A stretch of 64,000 bases of DNA from Trichoplax adhaerens. Its lineage: Eukaryota; Animalia; Placozoa. The stretch covers positions 866,371 to 930,370 of the forward strand of contig NW_002060959.1 of assembly GCF_000150275.1 (NCBI RefSeq). Direction: 5' to 3'. Numbering within the stretch: the stretch's first letter is position 1; the number at the start of each line of letters is the position of its first letter. Shown here in pieces: positions 1 to 11,471 of this stretch. The position numbers and the translations under genes were made by a program. The notes below the pieces were generated by a model, which was given only the letters and a program-made list of their open reading frames with translations, was not told the origin of the DNA and ran no database searches.

Positions 1-195
1 TACTGGAATGGAGAGGACATTAATTAAATTACCCAATATATATATCATTGAAACAATTTTTCTTGGCTTAGAATAGTTTTCCAATTCTTTACAGCCAATA
101 TAACATCTATTTTCAGCTTCCGTATTCCTTTCTTAGATATTACTATTTCGATATATTTACTACATCAAGATGACAGGCTTTGCCTACATTTCCAT

Positions 196-741
196 TTAAT
201 GTGGACTAGAATCATAGTTACAGTCAAGAGTGTGAAGAAAGTCCGATTGAAATCTGTTTGCTATATTTCCTGACTAATATTTAAAAAATATGAATGGGCA
301 TGCTAATTTAAGTTTCATCAGCAATCCTTTCTGAACATTTTAATTTCCGTTTGAAGCTTACCTGCTAATATACTGATAAAGGTTTCTTAATTTTTTTTTG
401 TCTCCTTCAATGCTTATAAATGAACTCCATTTTTGTTTTAAATGCTTTATCGACATTTTTTATAATCTATTCGACGCAATAAAAGTCTTACTCATCACCA
501 ATATCCACCCTTTTACATTCCGGTATAAAGTATTCATATTTTATTGCCATAAGTTGTCGATGAATCATTAAATCTCTGAGTTCATCACCTTACAGTAGTC
601 ATTTGTAAAATAAGACATTTTTATACGAGGCATTCTTTTCTAGTAGCCATAACTCAACCAACACAAAATAATTTTAATCCTGCATAGACGTACTTGGATT
701 TCACATAAAATATTAATTCGATTCCGCAAGTTTTCTATCAC
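196..741 (-). CDS. Possible spliced gene fragment of unknown product (5' end unresolved)
   Basis: Minus-strand exons bounded by AG/GT at 588-492, an 11-nt microexon at 372-362 and an exon starting at 269 join in phase to give GDELRDLMIHRQLMAIKYEYFIPECKRVDIGDDILAGNIANRFQSDFLHTLDCNYDSSPH*. A further AG/GT-bounded segment near 741-693 is not phase-compatible. No family recognised. Confidence 0.3.
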
Positions 742-3053
742 CTATTAAATAAATTATTAGTACCCATAGTCCTTTTCACTCTCCCTTTCTGAAACACTTT
801 GATGCCAATAGTGGGCATATTTGAACTCAATAATATACAGTACTACAGTACAGCTAGTTTAAGTTTTTAAAAAGAATCATTGCCCACCCATCACGACGAT
901 TAAATCCCGAAAACCTACAAACTCAAAACTCAGACTCAATTTAACAAAATAGAGGTTTCAGCTTTAAATTTGAACATATACTGAATTTGGATCAGCAATA
1001 TCAATGACTTGAGTCCATAATATTGCTTTACTTATTTCAATATCCACGCGTATATCGTTCCTACCACTTCAATGATATTCATCTGCTGCATTGAATTTGA
1101 AATCAAAAAAATTTTCAGAATTAAGGACGATAGATTAAAAATGGGTAAAATAGCTTTCCTAGAAATATTATATGTATCACCGATGGGTAATGTTATCACG
1201 TTATTAGGAACGTAAATCAACACAGACAAACTAGTCGTCCTGGACAGTATACGACTACTTTAACGCCCCGCTCATTTTTTATTTAGTCTACGGTGTTAAT
1301 TTAGTCTATCATTATTGTATTTTCTATTGCTTATTTTACGATGGCAAAATGAATGCATTAACAATAATTCTGTAACAGTACGTTAAAAGTTAGCAGTAGC
1401 GTGTCAAGAACAACAAGGCCTATCCCAACTGTTGATCATTCTTATTTCTGGGGAATAAGGCAGGATTTAAATGGATAACTCATTAAGATTGATTCTTAAG
1501 TAAAAGGGCGTTTAATTCAAGGCTTATTCCTGTATTGCGGAATTACTCCGTTATTATCGTCATTCATCAACTAATATGAATTAAGCAAACTTTTCTGGTC
1601 ATATCAAGTTATTTAGCCATAATTATACATCTATTTGATCAAGGCAATTTTTTAAATAATTCACCCTAAATTGAATGAGCAGGAAAAAACAATTGATCAA
1701 TATAGAGAGAAAAGACAATCAGCCATTAATTACTATTGCTATCAATTGTCCTACTTTAGCTATTCGAATATTCAAGGATAGAATCATTGTGACAGTAGAA
1801 GAATAAACTCAATTAATCTATAAATAATTGAAGAATTTTCTTTTAATCTTGGACCATGACAACAAGAATATAGACTCTGTATAGTTCAGCATTAATCACG
1901 ATGATATTGTAAGGATTCAATTTTTTTTGTTGTCCATTGCAGAACTTGTCTTCTTTTAACTTTCCTACTTAACAATAGCAATCTTAGTAACTATCTGCAA
2001 GTATTTGATATAAAGTTACGGAAGGTTTAACATGCATTCTGTAAACTTAAATGAGAAAGTGCATAAATAATTGTCTTTCATCAGGGCTTCCTTCCACATG
2101 GTTACTAGAACTGCCTTACGCTATTATAGGTCATTTAATACGAGCAGATTATATGGTTGTTTTGTATATTTTCTGCATCATAAACTACAGTATCTTCTGT
2201 AAATATTTCATGCCTGGAATTGAAGATAGACACCGGCAGTGGACCAGAAATAAAAAAATAATACTAAGACGTATTAATCAGTTAGAATTATCTAACATTT
2301 GTTGTAGATTCTACGTTTCCTCACATTGACAACGCTATTTTTCCCGTTGCCGAAATATTACTCAGTAGAATACGTCTTAATAGAATAAAAAACTTTTCAA
2401 CAAATTCTGACCGAAGGAATCATTTCCGATAATACTAATTCCACTGTCTCCTTAGAAAATTACCCTGAAAAAATCGATATACATGTAAATAATTTCAATT
2501 TGTGAGTAAGACGACTGTATATGTTGACGATACGGTACAAAGGCAGCAAATGAATTATGTAATAAGTACAATTTTAATTTAGTTTCAAAGTCTTCTGTAA
2601 CATTTTCTTGTCACATTGTGCCCTGCTATGTAGATAGATCGATTGAGGGTTTATCTTAAATTATTTATAATTATTATACAGTATATTACCCATAGTTCAA
2701 TTTCTAGCTAATCATTTTCTATCTAAGCTATATTAAGATCATTTCACTCATTTATAGACATGTATCAATCAATTTTTGATGGCTCAGAAACGGTATATTA
2801 ATATAGTCCATTTGATATTGGAGATTCAAGAACAGACCATAAAAATGCCTATATATGCCCGTACATCATATATCTCTTTAAATATTTCTACGTCAGCATT
2901 ATCCATACATTATTGATATGTATTTACATATAAATTCGTCGTACAAAGTTGTTATTATCGTTACGATATTTATTCAATATGTGTTACAGTGTTTAATTTC
3001 TATCTTTATCTAGCATTTGTATTTAAAATCACTTCAATCTTTGTGATTTATAG

Positions 3054-6000
3054 CTACATCCAGAAAATTTAATATTCTGTTATGTTTTGCTGTGGGGGGT
3101 TTAATTGGCGATGTCTTTCTTCATCTTTTACCAGAAGCTTGGGCGCACCAAAACAATGATCCACGTAAATAATCATAAATTAAGCACTCAAATGGTTTTA
3201 ATCGTATTTTTCATCCTTAGTTCATCTAGCTAATAATCATCATTAATTTAGTATTGGTGTATTTCCTTAGATTATCATACAAAAATTGGACTTTGGGCGA
3301 TATTTGGCATCGTATTTTTTATGCTATGTGAAAAGATATTTCCAGAAGGAGAAGACGAAGCTAATGATGATGAAGAAGCAGAAGCAAAGGTGAGGCAATG
3401 ATCACAATATAACTTGGTTTTAAATATAATAGTATTGTAAGATCATACTATCGTTAAAATATATTTCAATATAAACTGTGGCTATTGCAATATTGACGAA
3501 ATTTATGTTCACTATCAGCTCAATGAAATAAATGGAGATTCGCATAGTTCGAAAGGCAACGATATTTGTGTAGATAAGCAAACCAATGGACTTATTCCGA
3601 ATGGAAATGGTCCTCATCAAACCAACGGTAGTGCAACCAAGAGAAAGGGCAAACTTACATCAAATGGAACTAAACAGCATCATCCAATCAATGAAAAAAA
3701 TGGACATAGTCAAAGTAACGGTCATTCTAACGGCCATACTAATGGCTATTCTAATGGCCATACTAATGGCTATTCTAATGGCCATACTAATGGATATACT
3801 AATGGCCATACTAATGGCCATACTAATGGCAATCATCATTTAGCTGACGGTAACAACAAAATTGAATTGGCAAATATGTCGATTAACTTAAGTTAGCATT
3901 TACGTACTATATAATACTGCTGATAGAAGAAATAGCTTTCGTACTTGAATCGGAAAGGAGTAAGGTATCTGACACTATTTTTTCAATATAAATAGGGAAT
4001 CATCAACCTGCTGTACAAAATAAGAAACAACAAATCAAGGTAGTAATTAATTATTGTATTATCCATTAAAAGATCAGCTTGACGCATGTTTTAGCATAAA
4101 TAGGACTTCTTCTATAGTATATTCTCAGTTTAATACCGTACATTATTATCACTAATTTTAACCACTTAAGTCTTTCATATGCAATGTTATTCCTTCGTTT
4201 AAAACCAGAGTACCATACAAGTATGTAGTAATTGGATTTACTTTAGTGTTCTTGTATCTCAATTATCATGCTTGCTGTTTCATTTTTAGACAAGTGGTTA
4301 CTTAAACCTACTAGCTAATGTGGTTGATAATTTTACTCATGGATTAGCTGTGGCTGGCGGTTATGCTCTTGGAGTTAATGTAAGTAAATTTAACGGGATA
4401 TGAACATAGAAATATGAATATAATATCGCAGCGCCAGAGATTTAGTTACATAATACAATACTTGTTATCAAATCTACTACAGTTTGATTGTAAAATAACT
4501 TCTATTTCTGTACCTCATCATACGACACTAAATTCGGTTGACCTAAACAGATTCTAGAAAGAAAAAATCTGTTCAGATCATATCTTGCAAAATTTTATTT
4601 ACAAATCAACTACTGTATCCAAGACACTATAGCGGGTCATAAAGAAAGTACTATACTCAGTAATTCTGTTAGCCTAAATATATATGCATTCCTTACTGCT
4701 AATGAGTGTTCAATATCCCTTATTGGCATACTGGATTATGCTATAGATTAGTTTAATCTGAAGTAAGCATGATAAGATTACTTCTTCACAATCTGGTTAA
4801 TTAGTATCATACGCACCTTATGCACTATCATTTAGGAATTTTTGATGTTGGTATTGAATGCACCTAATCATACTTTTAACTACTGTAAATATTTCTACAC
4901 TTTAATTTTATTTTCGAGAAAGAAAGTTTTAGTTAGGAATAGCTATATACTTTTAAATAGTAATTGCTCATTTTTTTCGTTATTTATCTTGCTGGCCAAC
5001 ATTGAATAGCGACTTTACAAACTTCATTTTTCCTTCGCCTCTATCTAGGTTGGTATATGTACTACTGCAGCAATTTTATTACACGAAGTCCCTCATGAGG
5101 TAACATGGCTGGCTATAGTTAATTTTTTTGTAAATTTGGAGACATTTAGCAGTAACGAAACAGATAACGTACTTATGTATCAGCGATTTATAGTTTATAA
5201 TTTGTAATATATCTAAATTGTACGTTGAACTGGTTATAGAAAATTTAATTTGTAAATTACCCTAACATGTATCCACAGTCAGCACTAATAAATTATGTTA
5301 TCACAATCAGGTTGGCGATTTTGCAATACTGCTAAAGTCTGGATTTACGAGATGGCAAGCCGCTGTAGCTCAGGTTTATTACTGATATATTAGATATAGT
5401 TAACTTTCTCACAAAACTGCTTACATTCTTCTACTGGAATAGTCAGTAGTCTAGTTTGACATTGTGCATAGTCTATATAGTTCTACCTTATCTGTATCCA
5501 TACAGATCAAGTATTAATAGTCTACTGCTAATAGGCTCCTAATATATATTTCTGTGATTATTGCCATGTATAGATGATTACTGCAACCGGAGGTCTATTT
5601 GGTGTAGTATTTGGAATTATTGCAGAAGATGCATGTAAGTATATAAATTTTTTTCTACTTTAAAGGTAGAAATTTTATAGTACTGGATGAAATTTCTTCA
5701 TGGTAGTCTAACGTTGTTCCTCTCTAACTGATATCACTAATGCGATATACGCATTCCTTCTTTTGCAATAATAGCCAACTCAACAGTATGGATACTACCA
5801 TTTACTTCTGGTGGATTCATCTACGTATCGTTAGTTACAATTGTACCTGATTTGCAAAAAGAAACTGATCCTATGTAAGTAATTGCATCAAGAAAGTGGT
5901 TTTCTCTCATATCAGTTATTTAGTTGAAATATTATTGTCCGCATTACATAGCACAGCGAACATACTAACGCGATATGACATTTTCTTATTCTTTTATAGT

Positions 6001-6078
6001 GAATCTGTCAAACAGGTTCTGGCATTGCTCTTTGGTGTTGCTGTTATGGCTGGCGTCACTATTCTATTTGGGCATTAA
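3054..6078 (+). CDS. SLC39A13: LIV-1 subfamily ZIP zinc transporter, ZIP13-like (N-terminal exon(s) not located)
   Basis: Phase-consistent exons at 3054-3164, 3271-3389, 3519-3849, 3996-4039, 4290-4379, 5049-5099, 5311-5373, 5574-5634, 5775-5874 and 6000-6078. They encode FAVGGLIGDVFLHLLPEAW, GYLNLLANVVDNFTHGLAV, the HEVPHE|VGDFAILLKSGF (HExPHExGD) LIV-1 motif and WILPFTSGGFIYVSLV. DNFTHGLAV and HLLPEAW match ZIP13 rather than ZIP7. Confidence 0.88.
3699..3832 (+). repeat. 12-bp coding tandem repeat (aatggccatact-like) encoding (NG[H/Y][S/T])n in the ZIP cytosolic loop
   Basis: About 10 units read as NGHSQSNGHSNGHTNGYSNGHTNGYSNGHTNGYTNGHTNGHTNG in the spliced frame. Confidence 0.9.
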
Positions 6079-6079
6079 G

Positions 6080-6195
6080 TTTTATTGCCTTGAAGGTTAA
6101 ACTGGCGACGTTTTATTGCATTGAAGGTTAAACTGGCGATATTTTATTGCCTTGAAGGTTAAACTGACGACGTTTTATTGCCTTGAAGGTTAAAC
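6080..6195 (+). repeat. 31-bp tandem repeat, about 3.7 copies, starting right after the ZIP13 stop codon
   Basis: Unit ttttattgccttgaaggttaaactggcgacg starts at 6080, 6111, 6142 and 6173 (partial), with 1-3 substitutions. Confidence 0.95.
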
Positions 6196-7594
6196 GAACG
6201 ACTATTTTTCCTGAATCAACTGTCTTTACTATGATTCGAGCGAACTTATCGAACTTCGTAAACAATGAAAGATTGAATCATACTATATCAGTTACCTTAT
6301 ATAAATATTTGAAAATGTAAAATGTTATTTACGAATTGTCGACAATTAAAATATTTTAATTTCCTCTCTTTGTTACGATCAACTCTTGTACAGTCAAAAT
6401 ATAGTTTAATAGCTGAAAAGTTACTTACTATTGTAGGGTTATCATATATCTCTTACGATTAGTTATTTATTAGGCTGCATTCTGGTTTATTTATATTTTG
6501 TAAAATAATTCAATAACCTGTGATGTTACTCTTTTAATTTGCCACTCTTGTAAAACTTATCAATGTTATCTATTCCGTATTTCAAAAACAGTATCTACAA
6601 ATCACTGCTCTTATAGCTAATAGGTTACTATCACTGTAAGCAGTTGATTAAGATGTCCTGTAAAGCTGTGTTTATAAGAAATAATTAACCTTTTCAATGA
6701 CGCTTTCAAACTTAGTTATACGTACATTAACTATTGTGTACCTCTTACGCGGCTTGACTTATTTATCTGTAATGTAAAATCTATCGATACGCCTTGCCTA
6801 GACGCCTATCCTATTTATGTACTATACTTTTGATTATTTTTTATGTCAGTATTCAACAACAATAAAACTAAAAGTTGATAAAATATTCTAATCGACTTGT
6901 GGATATTACTTTATAAATTGAACTTCTAGCTTAGCTCTATATGAGAAGAAAGTTATTGAATTAAATTGATGCGTTTTATCTTTCGACATCAATTTATGGC
7001 AATCATAGCGCTTTATCTTACTACACCTTGATGCCAAAATCATCGTATATAAATACGATATTTAATTAAGACTGTTCATGAACTGTTTAATAACAATGGC
7101 AAGAAATTAATACCGGGAGTGATAGTTAAAAGTTGAATTTGCCTACCAAGAGCTAAGCAAAAACAAATTTATTGCGTACAATATACCCTGATTTATCATC
7201 ATTCAAATCGTTTGGGATCAGCAGCATAAATTCTTACAGAGATGGTAAACAACATTATAGGTACATCATATGCAATCACCATAGGTAATCATGAAAGCAA
7301 TAAGTGTTATTTCTTGAAAGACCTCTGTTAAGATTGTAATTGATAGAAACAGACTTGATTAAAACGATTAAACACCATAACATCTGTATATCAGGCAATC
7401 TTAATCTATTGCGAAAGTAAAAGATCCAAAAGTTCTGATAGGAAATCGGTATAATTTACATTACTATAAAGCGATAATATGGCGTAGAGAATGGAAACTA
7501 TATGTAATTCATTAAATATTGGTATTCCCTTTACGGACAGTTTATACCAATTTTAGACCTCTGTCATTTGTGGGACAGCAATTGGAGTAAAAAT

Positions 7595-10500
7595 TTACAT
7601 TACAATACAGCAAGAATTAGTCTTCTTTGCCTAAAAAACAGAAATTCAATAGAAGCCATTTTCAGCTTAAAATTTACTTCCATTAAGTGGTGTTAGAAAG
7701 GTTATGCTATTGCGCTTACGGTGGTTTTAATTAAACCACCTTTCATGCATTATTCTTTGAAATAGGTGTAGGGTAATACATTATCTGAAGTCAATGAATC
7801 AATTACTAAATCTACCATTTTAATAATACTTACAGTGGTGTAGAAGGCTCTCGACGAATAGCTGAGATTATCGGATTTCTGCACCAAATCGTCCAGCTTT
7901 TCACCTCGCTGAAGCACAGCATCAATCGTATTATGCTATTTTGTGACAGTATAAGCAATAATATTAGCATATTGAATCACTTTCTAGCCCTTTTATTGCA
8001 AGTCGATAACAGCAAGAAATCTTTGCTAAGCATAACGCTTGATACAAGATTTACTAATGCATTTATTTACCAATACAACTTTTGTTTCATCTAAATCAGC
8101 CTGAACTTTCATCATTGGATCAGCGTCCTTGGGATTCTATACCAAGATATTGTAGAAATAAAGTACAAAAATATCAAGGCAATTAGTACTCATATCGTAT
8201 CAGCAACGGAAAGAAAATTGAGGATGAACAGCAAGATGAGACAACCTGATATTTACTGAGCATCTCTTCTAAATTGATAGCATTGGCTTGCCTAGTATTA
8301 TTGAATAGAGTCGTATGTTATGATGGTTGAGGCAATTCCTCGATGTAAGAATGGAATTGAATAACTTACCCAGGCTTCCAACTTGACTTTGGAATGGCTG
8401 CCGTAAAATCATCTAAAGTCTACAAGAGTAGCAACATGCAACAACTTAGTACATGCTTTCAATACAACATTGTCTTTCTTTCTATAAAACTAGATGGGCT
8501 AATGGAATGGTTGATAGCCTACAAAATCCTACAACTTTTAGCATTGAAACTTTTGGGCAAAATGGGATAGGCTGCTTGCGATCAGTTAGAACACACGATT
8601 TTAAGAATACCAATATACCTTTGTTAAGACGGTAAAGGCTACTCGCGCAGGATACTCATGATCAGCAATGAGTACTGCTGCTAGGCCATCCGATCTGATA
8701 TAGGTGTGACATAAATAATCTAAATAGTGGAAAAATAGCAAAAATGAGACCGACACATGTACTCGTATAATGCAAGTGTTGAAAAAAGTTCTTATTGATA
8801 TTTTCAATTGATGTTGAATGGCAGGCTATACAGTACGCGTAGTATTCAACATGATGATCATCAGCTTGTAACCTCTACAGTTTATTCTAACTTAGTAAAT
8901 CAGACTTGAACTGTATCCATTTCTCAGTATTGTATCGGTTTCAAGCACCAACTATGATATGCTTCTTCTAATTAGAAGTCTGTGGTTGAAAGTACCTCTT
9001 TAATATTGTTGTTTGACACTGAATTGTTTAATCATTACCTTGCTCTTTTACTGACACTCGTTGTCCTGGCTGTGTTCTTTCAGTAAGGAGTTTGCTGGTA
9101 AATAGCATAAATTCTTGAACACTAGATACAATCCAATTCATACAGCAATATATTAAAAGTGATATTTTTCGATACTGATTGATTGGTAAAATGAATTGAT
9201 TCTCTACATTATTTCACATCACTAATAACATCCCATTGATTATGATCCATTAATGATTCGTACCACTTTCTACCCTAGCAGTAGTCTAATCTACGCGTAT
9301 ACGGCCCATAGTGCAATTAAAACAGGTAGTTGTAAAATACTTTACGTATCAATTCAAGAAACTATTGAAATGCTCGTCTAATTGAACGCTTAAGCCTTGG
9401 ATTGGAAAAGCTCAAACAGTGTTTCATGATTGTCCAATAGTATTTTAAAGTATGAGTACGTCTATCTCCATGATCTCAATGTAGGATTTTCATCACGTAT
9501 GGAGGGCTATGAATTTAAAGATTGTCGGATGAATTGGTATTTGAACAGGCTACGTCAATTGTTAAGACTATCATTAAAATGTTTGACATATACGAATAGA
9601 AATGGTCAATAGGGTGCCATGCTAGCTCAGCATACGATTAGAACTAGGTATGCCATGAATGGAATGAAATTCTACCGGCAGGGATGATACAGAATATTAT
9701 ACCATCATTCAATGTATGTAGAGTAGTCACTTTACACGAGCGTAAGAGCTCGTCGAGTCCATGGATAGCAAGTCGTAATGAATAGTACAATAATATTTTT
9801 ACCACCTTTGATCCAATGCATCCCATTCTGTATGTCATGGATGCAATGTGTTGAAGGGAAGAAAAATCAATCAATCGTCAACATGTCAAAATAGAACGGT
9901 TCGTGAAAGGAAGAATCAGGTCTTGATGCAGACGGGTAGTGGTACGAAGGTTTTCTACAGTGAGTTGAACTTCTTTCAGTTTATCAAGTCTCATACTGAG
10001 TGAGTTTGGGGGTAATTTGATGGTCTTGATGCTATTTTCTTCAGTTTAGTTTACTTTCAAGTCGGCGAAAATTGTTGACTACAAGCACTACTCAAGCAAG
10101 CATGGATAAGAATGGAATGATGCTTGCTTGCACTATGTGATTGGGGATGATTGGATGATACTTTCTTTAGTACGATTGATTCCATGGTCGATAAAAATGG
10201 GACGATCCTATTGCTATCATGTTTTTGATGATAAATAGAATAGTAGGCCTATCCATCGGTTGATTTTGACGATGATTGCAAAGACTGGATGATGCTTTGT
10301 TGCGTGCGAAAATACAGTACTGGTAGAACACTGAGGGTGATTGACGATCGTGATGATGTGTCGGATTGTAGAAGGAAGGGAAGAGTATCCGCTTGGATGG
10401 GTGGAATTTGGGTATGATTTAGGGTTATGGAAGATGTCCTTTATCCCCCCATTGGTTTCCGTAGAGTGTGATGATGACTTTGCTCGGCGGGGTTGATGGC

Positions 10501-10956
10501 CTTGTTCGTCCTCTTTGTATGTTTGAAATGAAAAATATGGTTGTATCGATGGCATAGGATGACTAGAGAAGAAGTAGGTAGGAGTATTGGAGTGAAGTAG
10601 ACGATTGATGATAGCGTAGAGTGGTTATGAGTGATTGAAGATCCCCTTAGAAGAGAATGGTGTAGTCGAGATAGGATAAGAGAAAGGAAGATTGTCATTG
10701 GTAAGGCAAATGAAAGCTTGCCGTTGATGTCTGTAATTGTTGGAGTCCGTGGATTGGCATACGTTGGAGGTTTATCCATGAATCCTGGAATCATGCATGC
10801 CTGTATCTTGCAATAGAATAAGATGGATTGATTTTCTTGTTGGGTTTTTTTTTACCTTGAACGTTGAAAATAGCCAAAGCTAGCGAGATCAGAGGACGAT
10901 TTTAAAATATCGACCTGATGAGTCTTATACAAGACGACCAAGGAGAATAATTTCAT
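7595..10956 (-). CDS. YKT6: Synaptobrevin homolog YKT6 (longin R-SNARE), 8 coding exons
   Basis: Exon 1 at 10956-10856 encodes [34 protein letters not shown]. Later exons encode [116 protein letters not shown] and [34 protein letters not shown] (zero-layer R). The last exon, 7630-7595, encodes [11 protein letters not shown] (CC-aaX prenylation motif). All junctions are GT-AG. Confidence 0.97.
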
Positions 10957-11081
10957 CTTCAACGCAGTCACGGATCAAGTAGAAACAACACTATTGCTTG
11001 TGCAATGGAAAAGATCGATCGACAGCCTACTCGTCAAGAAGGACAGCAAACTAGACAAGCCAATCTTCAGCAGAAGAAGAA

Positions 11082-11144
11082 GACGATGATGATCCAAAAA
11101 AGAGTCAAGACGATGATGATCCAAAAAGAGTCAAAACGATGATG
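11082..11144 (+). repeat. Short tandem repeat (26-27 bp, about 2.4 copies) upstream of the YKT6 start
   Basis: gacgatgatgatccaaaaa(a)gagtcaa at 11082 and 11109, then a partial copy. A 16-bp direct repeat ccagtatagccaccgg also occurs at 11196 and 11265. Confidence 0.85.
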
Positions 11145-11291
11145 CCCACTTCTTGTCGCCAATGGCCAACTCCAATTCAAGTCTTGCTGTATCTTCCAGT
11201 ATAGCCACCGGAGTAGGCAAAATGGCCCAGTTGCCACCCCAATAATTGTCGCTGATAGACAGGGCCAGTATAGCCACCGGCGGTAGTATGA

Positions 11292-11317
11292 GCACAGCGA
11301 TGACGTCATCGCTGTGC
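11292..11317. promoter_or_regulatory. 26-bp perfect palindrome centred on a CRE (TGACGTCA)
   Basis: gcacagcgaTGACGTCAtcgctgtgc is its own reverse complement and lies about 340 bp upstream of the YKT6 ATG. The regulatory role is inferred. Confidence 0.55.
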
Positions 11318-11471
11318 ACTGCAGAGCCTCCAACACGTCACGCAAGACTACAGTCCGCCGTCGATGGCCACAGTCCTGAGTACTGTCGTTTCGTGTCGTA
11401 CTGTAGACTGTAGACTGGACGAGACGACTGGACGCGTCCTCCAATAAGGGAGGACTCACCCACTGGTGTCC

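Noticed and set aside
3586-3843. ORF with (MAIL)n repeats
   Set aside because: It is an alternative reading of the ZIP13 loop exon; splice phases fix the NG[HY][ST] frame.
10217-10816. Three overlapping ORFs of 61-117 aa
   Set aside because: They lie within compositionally skewed YKT6 intron 1 and show no homology signal or consistent splice structure.
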